This document shows, piece after piece, positions 19,188-27,666 of a stretch of 64,000 bases of DNA. Origin of the DNA: Escherichia phage ECML-359; sequence record OL631482.1. One strand, given 5' to 3'. Positions within the stretch are counted from its first letter, which is position 1; each line of letters starts with the position of its first letter. The notes beneath the pieces were generated by a model. That model made no database searches. It had not been told where the DNA came from and was given only the letters and a program-made list of their open reading frames with translations. Made by a program: the position numbers and the translations under genes.

Positions 19188-19424
19188 TCACCAGTATTTT
19201 TTGATGGTAGAAATTAATTCTTGGACTTGAGTGGTCTTCAGCTTACACCCACAACCTTTTAAGGTGTCTTTAAGGAGCCATGGCTCCTTGAGCTCATCCT
19301 TTTCCAGGCGGATTCTATATCCGCGGTAATCAGCAAATATGCTTCCGTCATCAAATATCTTAATTTCAAGAATATGATTATTGGTTTCATATTCCAATGA
19401 AACCATGGTATTTGTAAGTTTCAT
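19188..19424 (-). CDS. hypothetical protein (about 78 aa; start at internal MKLTN)
   Basis: ORF track trimmed to the Met abutting the upstream stop. Confidence 0.4.
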   Translation of the reverse strand: MKLTNTMVSLEYETNNHILEIKIFDDGSIFADYRGYRIRLEKDELKEPWLLKDTLKGCGCKLKTTQVQELISTIKKYW

Positions 19425-19627
19425 TATTCCACCACATATGATAATGAGAAAATTGCTGATGAAAGATGAGTAGCATCTTCTTCGCACAGTTCAAATGGAG
19501 CTTTCTGCAAGAGTTCAACCACTTCTTCATCAGTGGCACTGTCCATAAAGATTGCATAATCATTAAGATAGATAACAACCTCATCACCAGTATTAACTGC
19601 ATCAATCTTGATATTTTTAATTCTCAT
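19424..19627 (-). CDS. hypothetical acidic protein (67 aa)
   Basis: ATG 19627 sits directly after promoter cassette leader GGAGAATACA. Confidence 0.5.
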   Translation of the reverse strand: MRIKNIKIDAVNTGDEVVIYLNDYAIFMDSATDEEVVELLQKAPFELCEEDATHLSSAIFSLSYVVE

Positions 19628-19655
19628 TGTATTCTCCTCAGTAGTTGATGGGATA

Positions 19656-19685
19656 ATAGTACACCCTTTTTATGAGGATGTAAAC
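19656..19685 (-). promoter_or_regulatory. early promoter candidate (-35 GTTTAC, 18 bp, -10 TACTAT)
   Basis: Minus-strand reading GTTTACatcctcataaaaagggtgTACTAT, then conserved leader tatcccatcaactactgaggagaa. Confidence 0.5.
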
Positions 19686-19694
19686 CCCCTAAAT

Positions 19695-19722
19695 GAAAAA
19701 AGGTCCACCCGAAGGCAGACCT
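19695..19722 (-). terminator. rho-independent terminator (8-bp stem, UUCG loop, U-run)
   Basis: Minus-strand GGTCTGCCttcgGGTGGACC followed by TTTTTT. Confidence 0.6.
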
Positions 19723-19728
19723 TTTGAA

Positions 19729-20112
19729 TTACTCTAGTGTTAACAGATACTTAGTCTGAAAGAAAACTCCAACGATATCGTCCAGAGTCGATTGAATAGC
19801 CTTAGGTACAACTTTATAGACTCTTTCCGAGCTTTTAATCATTTCATCTAAAAACAAAATTGTATCTTTCGGCAAGTCCGAGGCGGACGGTAATGCAGCT
19901 TTGTATTGTTTCCCGCTGTAACCTAACCATTGCTCACTGAACTGGTCGAGTGGACCTTGGATTTCTGTGAAGTAGAAATCATAAGCTTTATGGCGGGCGT
20001 AACTTTTGGTTTCAAGATGGGCGGATTTAAAATAAGCCAAAGAGACTAACAACCACCCAATATATGAATCCACCTCAGACCCACGACCCGTTACGAAATC
20101 ATCAAATTTCAT
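19729..20112 (-). CDS. hypothetical protein (127 aa)
   Basis: ORF track. Confidence 0.55.
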   Translation of the reverse strand: MKFDDFVTGRGSEVDSYIGWLLVSLAYFKSAHLETKSYARHKAYDFYFTEIQGPLDQFSEQWLGYSGKQYKAALPSASDLPKDTILFLDEMIKSSERVYKVVPKAIQSTLDDIVGVFFQTKYLLTLE

Positions 20113-20443
20113 CTTCCAATTTTACCTTCATTAATTTAGCGTATTCGACTGCAGCCGCACGGCCATCAATTTGACATGTGATTTCATTTACACATTGACT
20201 CTTATTGTTCCATTCAGTTTTAATAAAAGCCCAAAATTGTTCGGACTGCTCGACGCTGGGTTCTTTGAATTGCGAATAGATTTGCATCGCACTATCTGCA
20301 TACTGGGTAAATTTACCATCTGTAGCAGAGGACATATTTGGGCCTAAACAGCCCATTAGTAATAGACTTAGAGAAAGTCCTCGAATAAGGTCCATAAAGG
20401 ACTCCTTATTGTTGGTCATGATTACGCTTTGCAGCCTTAACAT
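20102..20443 (-). CDS. hypothetical secreted protein or lipoprotein (113 aa)
   Basis: N-terminal hydrophobic stretch LSLSLLLMGC with Cys, signal-peptide/lipobox-like. Confidence 0.5.
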   Translation of the reverse strand: MLRLQSVIMTNNKESFMDLIRGLSLSLLLMGCLGPNMSSATDGKFTQYADSAMQIYSQFKEPSVEQSEQFWAFIKTEWNNKSQCVNEITCQIDGRAAAVEYAKLMKVKLEDEI

Positions 20444-20469
20444 AGCGGAATACTAGTTAGTAACTGTAT

Positions 20470-20745
20470 TTATAATCTTTTAAATTTGAAACAATACATT
20501 GCAAATAAATCAGAAAAATGTCTATCAACCCATATTCTTTGCACTGGACTAGTAACAGTCAGCATATAATGTGATTTTTGTAAATTTATTCCATTTTTAT
20601 TCGGGCATTCTTTATTAACAGAATGGTACGTGCTTGCTACTATTTCAATTTCCCTTTCATATCTCTCGCTATCTGTTTGTGTGGGAATAAATGCAATTCC
20701 AGCAATAACAAAAATAGAGATATACGTCCAAACCTTGTATACCAT
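20470..20745 (-). CDS. hypothetical membrane-anchored protein (91 aa)
   Basis: N-terminal TM segment VWTYISIFVIAGIAFIP. Confidence 0.45.
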   Translation of the reverse strand: MVYKVWTYISIFVIAGIAFIPTQTDSERYEREIEIVASTYHSVNKECPNKNGINLQKSHYMLTVTSPVQRIWVDRHFSDLFAMYCFKFKRL

Positions 20746-20752
20746 GCGAACC

Positions 20753-21325
20753 TCAGCTTGTTAATTCGAGCCAATGTTTTCTGCATAAAGATACGTACGA
20801 TTCATTCCCACCGACTAACACTTGCTCGCCGTCCTTTACAGCAGCACCGTCGATTACTCTCGCGGTCATGGTTGCTTTCCGGCCGCAATGACAGACGCCC
20901 TTTAATTCAACCAGTTTATCCGAAATAGCCAGAAGTCTGGCTGAACCGGGAAATAATTGACCCCGAAAATCTGTTCTTAACCCGTAACACATAACGGGGA
21001 TATTGTAATTATCAACCACTTGAGCTAACTGGTCAATTTGCTCTGGTAACAAAAATTGAGCTTCATCGACCAGGACACAATGGATATCCTTTTGAGACTC
21101 GGCCCATTTATAGAATTCAAACAGGTTCATGTCGGCCGTTACCAGGTTTGCTTCCTGGCTAATACCAATACGTGATTTGATTTCAGATTCCGAGTCCCTA
21201 TTATCAATAACAGGTTTTAGCAAAAGCACACTCATTCCACGCTCTTTATAGGAATAAGCTGCAGTCAGCAATGAAGCTGTTTTGCCTGCATTCATTGCTG
21301 CGTAATGATAAATTAAACTCGCCAT
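20753..21325 (-). CDS. tk: thymidine kinase
   Basis: 190 aa; Walker A MNAGKT, hhhVDEAQF, and CxxC...CxxH zinc site CHCGRKA...SLCRKH. Confidence 0.9.
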   Translation of the reverse strand: MASLIYHYAAMNAGKTASLLTAAYSYKERGMSVLLLKPVIDNRDSESEIKSRIGISQEANLVTADMNLFEFYKWAESQKDIHCVLVDEAQFLLPEQIDQLAQVVDNYNIPVMCYGLRTDFRGQLFPGSARLLAISDKLVELKGVCHCGRKATMTARVIDGAAVKDGEQVLVGGNESYVSLCRKHWLELTS

Positions 21326-21334
21326 ATCACCTTC

Positions 21335-21520
21335 TTAAAGCGTATTCACATAAGCTATTAATTCGTTTTCTTTCGCATCAAATCGATTAGCAAATTCTTC
21401 CTGATGGTCGGCATCTATCGGGCCATATTCATCGTAAAAAGCGTTTGCTTCTGTATGCTCATCCAAAAGCTCATGGATAAGCTCAAACAATCTACTTTTC
21501 TGACTAATACTTAAACTCAT
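21335..21520 (-). CDS. hypothetical acidic protein (61 aa)
   Basis: ORF track. Confidence 0.45.
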   Translation of the reverse strand: MSLSISQKSRLFELIHELLDEHTEANAFYDEYGPIDADHQEEFANRFDAKENELIAYVNTL

Positions 21521-21723
21521 TTCGGTTCACCATATCGCACAAATTTAGGATGTTCGCAATAACCAGAATGAAAACCTTCACCCTTATGATTAGAACATCC
21601 TTTATTAGAACAGTACCACCAGTAATCAAATTCACATTCCATTTCGTCGTTGCATAAAGCTGCGATTACTGGCCATTCGCATTTTTCACATTTGGCCGTT
21701 TTAAGAATTCGGGCTTGACTCAT
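21517..21723 (-). CDS. hypothetical Cys/His-rich protein (68 aa), probable metal binding
   Basis: About 10 Cys and several His/Trp in 68 aa (CEKCEW...CNDEMEC...CSNKGCSNH...CEH). Confidence 0.5.
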   Translation of the reverse strand: MSQARILKTAKCEKCEWPVIAALCNDEMECEFDYWWYCSNKGCSNHKGEGFHSGYCEHPKFVRYGEPK

Positions 21724-21897
21724 AATTCAATTCCATCCATAGCCAAAATTCTTTTTCGTTGGGTCTTGAGAGCTTCGTTAGCCCGGTCATAATCTTCTTG
21801 ACTACCGCTAGGCTGTAAAGCCGCTACCTTTTTGGCCAAGTGAATAAGCTTATCCAAGTTTTCAACAATACGTTCTTGTTCTTCATTCAGGCTCATA
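21720..21897 (-). CDS. hypothetical small protein (58 aa)
   Basis: Own translation MSLNEEQERIVENL...; stop overlaps next ATG; not in track. Confidence 0.3.
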
Positions 21898-22347
21898 ATC
21901 CACCACTATTAAATCAATATCAGGAGTAAACATGTCGATTAATTTAGAAACCTTTTCCCAATCTCCACCTGCAATACCACAACCAATGCGAGGAATGTAA
22001 ATTACCGGTTTAAACAAAAGGGTTTCTGCTTGTAGATTTAATTCTATCATACAGTTTACTAAAGCACCATAATCAAGATTAGGACCTGGTTCATATTGAG
22101 TATACAAATTATAACACATACCAAACCCAGTAGGTTTATGTTTAAAAACAATAGACATATCGCCTAATTTATCACGAGAACCATATTCAGTAGTGGTTTT
22201 ATCTATTTCTAAAACTTTTGGATAAGCCTTCGCCAACTGTCCAGCTACACCAGAACCCATTGTGTGGAAGCAGTTGCAACCATGAGCAATAATATTGCCT
22301 TGAAGAAAGAGGGCGACGATATCGCCCTTAATATACTGGGTAATCAT
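21883..22347 (-). CDS. macro-domain-like protein (ADP-ribose binding/processing fold)
   Basis: Two glycine-rich motifs typical of macro domains: NIIAHGCNCFHTMGSGVAGQL and IPRIGCGIAGGDW. Confidence 0.5.
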   Translation of the reverse strand: MITQYIKGDIVALFLQGNIIAHGCNCFHTMGSGVAGQLAKAYPKVLEIDKTTTEYGSRDKLGDMSIVFKHKPTGFGMCYNLYTQYEPGPNLDYGALVNCMIELNLQAETLLFKPVIYIPRIGCGIAGGDWEKVSKLIDMFTPDIDLIVVDYEPE

Positions 22348-22703
22348 TTAGAGTTCAATCCTCTATTATATGAATCCACTAACCTGTCAACCATACTGGT
22401 GCAGGCCGCCTTATATTTTGCACTTGAAAGAATGCAATCCATTTCAAATAATTTCTTTTCATATTTGTTGGATAATACATTCTTTTTCAAAAGTGTATGT
22501 TCAACATCATTTTGGCCATCTTTATATGCCGCGGTGAGCTTGGCACTGAACTGGATTATACAATCCACATTGCTTGCTGCGCAATAATCTTTAGCCGTCC
22601 TCGTTGCATATTCTATGATGCTGTTGTTGTCGTCGCTCTGTACTGAAGCTATTCCTCCCATGCTGAATACTAACCCTATGGCTAAAGTGATAACTCTTAC
22701 CAT
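22344..22703 (-). CDS. hypothetical secreted protein (119 aa)
   Basis: N-terminal signal-peptide-like LAIGLVFSMGGIASVQS. Confidence 0.5.
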   Translation of the reverse strand: MVRVITLAIGLVFSMGGIASVQSDDNNSIIEYATRTAKDYCAASNVDCIIQFSAKLTAAYKDGQNDVEHTLLKKNVLSNKYEKKLFEMDCILSSAKYKAACTSMVDRLVDSYNRGLNSK

Positions 22704-22705
22704 TT

Positions 22706-23248
22706 TTAATCCACCGTTTTTAATAGGCCTCGTGATTTTAAGTAGTTAGCTTTTTCTAGGACCTGTGAAGCATACGTATTACCAGCTTTCACATTCCATC
22801 CTGCGTTATATGATGATAGTGTTTTCCTTATATCCCCCTTATGAATATTCAACCAATATGAAAGCTCAATGTAAGCCCAGCGTGCACTGTTCTCTCTCTT
22901 GCTTATCATCTTGATTATTTCTTTATCTGTCATTGTCCACCCAACCTGTTTCACGCGTTCGCGCACGGTTGGAAGATAATTTTGGAATATACCATATGCG
23001 TGATGCTTATCTTTATTTAATCCAGTATTAATCCCAGCAGAACTCTCCTGCCAGGTTAAACCAGCCATGATATATCCCAAACCATTATGTTGGTGCGGAT
23101 TTTCTTTGTACTTACCATTTTTCTGGAACTGTTCTCCAAACGCATAAGCATATTGGAGGTTTTCCATTTGTTCATTACTGAAAGTAGGCTCTACGCTATG
23201 GGCAGACATACTAACTGTCAATAGTAAGGTGGCGATTACTTTTTTCAT
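22706..23248 (-). CDS. secreted lytic-transglycosylase-like (SLT-domain) protein
   Basis: Signal peptide MKKVIATLLLTVSMSAHS; ES (TWQESSAG), GIFQ and YNAG motifs in SLT-like order. Confidence 0.5.
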   Translation of the reverse strand: MKKVIATLLLTVSMSAHSVEPTFSNEQMENLQYAYAFGEQFQKNGKYKENPHQHNGLGYIMAGLTWQESSAGINTGLNKDKHHAYGIFQNYLPTVRERVKQVGWTMTDKEIIKMISKRENSARWAYIELSYWLNIHKGDIRKTLSSYNAGWNVKAGNTYASQVLEKANYLKSRGLLKTVD

Positions 23249-23258
23249 GAATTCCCCA

Positions 23259-23717
23259 TTAGATATAAATCACTTTTGTGCTAATTTTTCCTTCCAGACG
23301 ATTAGAGTTAACAAACGCCATACGACAACACATGGTCGGAGACTTCCCAGGAATAGCGGGGTTAACTGTCATTCCTAACCACAGGTTCTTGTCTGTAATT
23401 TCCAGACGAAGTGGACGGTAGTTCACATTCGGGTCAATTTGTGCTTCAACTTCCGGGAGTGGTTTCATCTCCAAGAATTCAACGATTTCTTTTACATGTG
23501 GTGTGATTTTTCCAAACAAGTCAAAAACATATTGTTCATCAATTTCACGTTGGATTGCACGGTCCAACAGGTGCGGACTGTACTTAATGAAGAATGCTTC
23601 AAGGCCTGCTTCTTTACAAGCCTTGTTGATAGCATTATTAATTTTGAGGAACTCCGTTTCAAAAATGCGACGAAGTTTATTGCGGCGAATGTAAACACTT
23701 GAATCGATAGTAGTCAT
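23259..23717 (-). CDS. regB: site-specific RNA endonuclease RegB
   Basis: From internal Met: MTTIDSSVYIRRNKLRR...HLLDRAIQREIDE...RPLRLEITDKNLWLG matches T4 RegB as recalled. Confidence 0.85.
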   Translation of the reverse strand: MTTIDSSVYIRRNKLRRIFETEFLKINNAINKACKEAGLEAFFIKYSPHLLDRAIQREIDEQYVFDLFGKITPHVKEIVEFLEMKPLPEVEAQIDPNVNYRPLRLEITDKNLWLGMTVNPAIPGKSPTMCCRMAFVNSNRLEGKISTKVIYI

Positions 23718-23773
23718 GATTATCTCCTTTTGTTTGATGGGATAATCATAACTCATTTCAATCTGCTTGTACA

Positions 23774-24353
<580 letters not shown>

Positions 24354-24357
<4 letters not shown>

Positions 24358-24587
24358 TTCACTTCCTCATCAGATGCATTATCATATTCTACCAAACGGA
24401 GGCCATCATATCCGCCACGAACAGAGATATATGTACTCGGATAAACAATTTCTTTACCATTCCATTGGCCACCGTCCCAACATTCCATAAAGCCTTGTTC
24501 GCCCTGTTCGTGGAACCAGTCAACAAACATCTTCAGAGCTTCTTCAGAACCTTCAATAGTCAATTTAGACATATTTTTTCCAGTCAC
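24354..24587 (-). CDS. hypothetical protein (77 aa)
   Basis: ORF track. Confidence 0.5.
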
Positions 24588-24864
24588 TAATTAATCGCAC
24601 ATCCTGGTCATAGGTCAGGAGGCTACGAGTTATAATACCCTTACACGGTCCAGAAATAAATTCCAGAGTAAAGTAAGGAACCAACTTCATCAAGCGAATA
24701 CTCGGAGCAGTGCAACGAAATCTGGACCCAATAAAAGGTCCAGACAAAAACACATACTCAAAGAAATTAGCTTTATTAAAGATTTCATAATTCTTTACAA
24801 AATCCTCAGACCGAACCTTTGGAATAAAATAGAGTTGGTCAAAAAGCTCTTCATGGGTCATCAT
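24565..24864 (-). CDS. hypothetical protein (99 aa)
   Basis: ORF track. Confidence 0.45.
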   Translation of the reverse strand: MMTHEELFDQLYFIPKVRSEDFVKNYEIFNKANFFEYVFLSGPFIGSRFRCTAPSIRLMKLVPYFTLEFISGPCKGIITRSLLTYDQDVRLISDWKKYV

Positions 24865-25388
24865 TGCATTCCTATCACAAAGAACAGGGGCAGGGGTTTA
24901 GAACCCTGGCACATAAATTTATTCATCATTGTCTGATAAGCTTCATAGAACTTATCCATCGCTGGAAGACGCATTGGCTCTTCAATAATAATCAATAATC
25001 GGGTAACAGACAGCCCACGATACTTGTGAAAATGATCTTCATCTAAAAATGAACGAACAGTATCATATACAACAAAACCAGGTCGTTCAACATTAAGATG
25101 TGGCTGTGCTTTAGAAACCCGCTTTATTATATCACAGATTTCTCGTGAGCGATGCGAAGAACTCGACATAACAATTACATCATTACCCTTAGAAACCCAA
25201 TCCGCAGCGAACTGTGCAATGGCACTTGTTTTACCTGTTTGCCTTCCGCCGTCAAGTCTAAGAGTACCAAACTCTTGCATTCTTGAAGCGGGTTCATACC
25301 AGGTGTATTGGTCTGAATCTAAGCGTTCAATGGCGCGTTCAGCGAAGGCGTGCATTAAGGTTAGATAAATGGGAGTTAAAAATTTCAT
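24861..25388 (-). CDS. small P-loop NTPase-like protein (175 aa)
   Basis: Walker A GGRQTGKTS and Walker-B-like LLIIIEEP. Confidence 0.5.
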   Translation of the reverse strand: MKFLTPIYLTLMHAFAERAIERLDSDQYTWYEPASRMQEFGTLRLDGGRQTGKTSAIAQFAADWVSKGNDVIVMSSSSHRSREICDIIKRVSKAQPHLNVERPGFVVYDTVRSFLDEDHFHKYRGLSVTRLLIIIEEPMRLPAMDKFYEAYQTMMNKFMCQGSKPLPLFFVIGMQ

Positions 25389-25552
25389 AATTGTCTCTTT
25401 TTAAGTTGTGGGGCCGTTCCTTGGCACATAATTCATCCGTGTATCCGTATGTAAACCCCTTACCGCACTTGGGCTCGACCTTATTACAGGTAGGGAAAGG
25501 TCCATCACTCAGAGGACGCGACGTTCATGAGGAGAGGGCCGGCTTGCCTTTA

Positions 25553-25852
25553 TTAGAAAGAACCAGAACCTTTAATTGTGTTCTGGCGACCTTTATTTTC
25601 TAATTCAGAATGGTCGATTTCGTATGCTTGTGCTACACCAAAGGCCTTTTTAACTTTAGCTAAAGAACCTTTAGATGTAACAATATTAAAAGTATTGCCT
25701 TTAGTAAAATCAACCAAATCCACTTGTACACCCTGTTTACCGAGGCTTGCTACAATAGCATCAACATATTGTTGGTCTAAAGTACCTTGGACTCCAATTT
25801 GGAATGCTTTAGGGGCTTTGGCTTCTGTGATAAATTCTTGATAAGTTTTCAT
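25553..25852 (-). CDS. internal-protein-like virion protein with capsid-targeting N-terminus
   Basis: Starts MKTYQEFITEA, the T4 IP capsid-targeting sequence; early promoter cassette upstream. Confidence 0.65.
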   Translation of the reverse strand: MKTYQEFITEAKAPKAFQIGVQGTLDQQYVDAIVASLGKQGVQVDLVDFTKGNTFNIVTSKGSLAKVKKAFGVAQAYEIDHSELENKGRQNTIKGSGSF

Positions 25853-25877
25853 TTATTCTCTCCAAGTTGATGGGATA

Positions 25878-25906
25878 ATTATACACTATCCCATCATAAA
25901 GTAAAC
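25878..25906 (-). promoter_or_regulatory. early promoter (-35 GTTTAC, 17 bp, -10 TATAAT) inside palindrome
   Basis: Minus-strand reading GTTTACtttatgatgggatagtgTATAAT; -10 lies in loop of GATGGGATA/TATCCCATC inverted repeat. Confidence 0.55.
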
Positions 25907-25908
25907 AG

Positions 25909-26172
25909 TTATGCTTTACCGCCAGAAACAATACCAAAGGTCTCAAAGTCCCATTCAATATCATCAACATCAACTTTCTTACCAGCAACAACAAATGCGA
26001 TTTCACGGCGTTTTGCATAGGTGACAATTTCTTTACCATCACCGCCAAAGAAAGAATACCCATTACGCTTCATGGTGCCAAAGTCTTCAGCATCGCCAGC
26101 AAAGGCGCGAACTTTAAAAGCACCAGTAGGAGCTTTGGCAGATTCAGTAATAAATTCTTGATAAGTTTTCAT
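25909..26172 (-). CDS. internal-protein-like virion protein with capsid-targeting N-terminus
   Basis: From internal Met: MKTYQEFITES...; mature part shares GDAEDF..(K/R)NGY motif with 39408..39707. Confidence 0.65.
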   Translation of the reverse strand: MKTYQEFITESAKAPTGAFKVRAFAGDAEDFGTMKRNGYSFFGGDGKEIVTYAKRREIAFVVAGKKVDVDDIEWDFETFGIVSGGKA

Positions 26173-26220
26173 TTTATATTCCATTGTTTGGTTGATAAAA
26201 TCATTATACAACCTTTTTAG

Positions 26221-26637
26221 TTAAGCGTACACAGCTTTCCCATAGTATTTGTACCAGGTAGGCTTTTGAGAAATTTTCTCATTCAGTCTGGCTTGACTGA
26301 TTTCAATTGACCAGATTGATGGTTGATAATCATTCTTCCATTCATCAGGAATATCATTTAAATCTTGTGTAGAAATATCTTTTATGTTAAACCCTCGCTT
26401 TAAACATTCCGCAATAAGTTCTTGATGCCGGTTTTTAAGGAACAAAAGCTTATCATAAAAGAAGGTGACATGACCAGTCCCTAAAAGAAAAGATGATGGG
26501 ATTTTAAAGTCAGACACCTTTTTACCATTTTGCACATGCTTACGAACAGCGCCAAAAACGCGAGGAAGTTCACGATATTCAGCCATAAGATGTTGGTCAG
26601 CGAGTTCAGATACCAGGGTTAAATTAATGCGAGTCAT
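26221..26637 (-). CDS. denV: endonuclease V (pyrimidine-dimer DNA glycosylase)
   Basis: 138 aa; [35 protein letters not shown]...[10 protein letters not shown] matches T4 DenV as recalled. Confidence 0.9.
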   Translation of the reverse strand: MTRINLTLVSELADQHLMAEYRELPRVFGAVRKHVQNGKKVSDFKIPSSFLLGTGHVTFFYDKLLFLKNRHQELIAECLKRGFNIKDISTQDLNDIPDEWKNDYQPSIWSIEISQARLNEKISQKPTWYKYYGKAVYA

Positions 26638-26663
26638 GTTTGTTCTCCGTAGTTGATAGGGTC

Positions 26664-26692
26664 ATTATAACCCTATCATTTGGAGATGTACA
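26664..26692 (-). promoter_or_regulatory. early promoter (-35 TGTACA, 17 bp, -10 TATAAT) inside palindrome
   Basis: Minus-strand reading TGTACAtctccaaatgatagggtTATAAT upstream of denV. Confidence 0.5.
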
Positions 26693-27181
26693 CTAATATG
26701 CGTCAAAAGTTCCGGTACGGAACGTTTCTATAACTCGTTTGGCTCGGTTCGGAGTCTGGACTTTATACCATCTTGAGTCCGCCAGTTCCTTGGCAGCCGC
26801 TTCCCATGATTTAGCCTTCAGTAATCGCATACCCTTAGGAAAACCAGCAACACCAGCAACACCCATCTGGAATACCATATTAATGAGTGCACAACGACGA
26901 ACTTCATCCAGTACATCATAAACAGGTTTTAAGACAGGATGCCTCAAGATTCCGGCTTTAGCCTTTTCGACCGAACGGTTAAACAGTGTTTCGGCTTCGT
27001 GCTGGGTTATACGACCATTACAAACGCGACCCATGAGCTTATCGAGCTCGGCGCGAGCAACATCTTTAGATGGGTTCTTAGTTATCAGTTGCCCGATGCC
27101 AATGGTCCAATAGCCTTCAGTATCTTTATACAAATCCAACTTACAACCTTCATCTATACGTAACATTTCGAATATATTCAT
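26693..27181 (-). CDS. e: lysozyme (endolysin)
   Basis: 162 aa; [12 protein letters not shown]...[13 protein letters not shown]...[14 protein letters not shown] matches T4 lysozyme as recalled. Confidence 0.95.
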   Translation of the reverse strand: MNIFEMLRIDEGCKLDLYKDTEGYWTIGIGQLITKNPSKDVARAELDKLMGRVCNGRITQHEAETLFNRSVEKAKAGILRHPVLKPVYDVLDEVRRCALINMVFQMGVAGVAGFPKGMRLLKAKSWEAAAKELADSRWYKVQTPNRAKRVIETFRTGTFDAY

Positions 27182-27182
27182 A

Positions 27183-27204
27183 ATACCCCCTTATATAGGG
27201 GTAT
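27183..27204 (-). promoter_or_regulatory. leader hairpin occluding the lysozyme SD, with overlapping late-promoter-like AATAAATA
   Basis: 7-bp stem ATACCCC/GGGGTAT ending 1 nt before the e start codon; AAGGGGG SD lies in the loop/3-prime arm. Confidence 0.5.
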
Positions 27205-27207
27205 TTA

Positions 27208-27666
27208 TTATCCGAAAATTTGAGTCATTACCTTGTACATCGATTTGCCCATCACATACTGCCATTGACTCGGTTTAATCAGAGCAAATGCATCGAACTC
27301 TGGAACCGAACTACCATCCGGGAAGGTATGATAGGCAGAGCATTTACTATGTCTGAACTGCTCATGCTCGACCGGAACCGTGTACAGAAACAGGTGAAGA
27401 TTTTTGTTATCTGAATAACGGAATTCACCCAGGTCCTTTAAGAATGCTGGGTCATATTGGGTAAACCCGGTTTCTTCTTCGGTTTCACGGATAGCAGCTT
27501 CAATCGGGGATTCACCAGCTTCAACATGACCCTTAGGGATGTCCCATTTGTGTGCAGGCATACCTGGTTTACGAGAACCAGTCACACGACCCATGAATAA
27601 CTCTTTATCTTCAGTCATGAAAATAATGCCGGCGGATAATTCTTTCACCTTGTTTTTCTTACTCAT
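27208..27666 (-). CDS. nudE: Nudix hydrolase
   Basis: Nudix box GHVEAGESPIEAAIRETEEETGF; start at MSKKNKV after trimming track ORF. Confidence 0.8.
   Translation of the reverse strand: MSKKNKVKELSAGIIFMTEDKELFMGRVTGSRKPGMPAHKWDIPKGHVEAGESPIEAAIRETEEETGFTQYDPAFLKDLGEFRYSDNKNLHLFLYTVPVEHEQFRHSKCSAYHTFPDGSSVPEFDAFALIKPSQWQYVMGKSMYKVMTQIFG

Noticed and set aside
25420-25440. TGGCAC motif as a sigma54 -24 element
   Set aside because: No GC at the -12 position with correct spacing, and the motif is on the strand opposite to the flanking genes.
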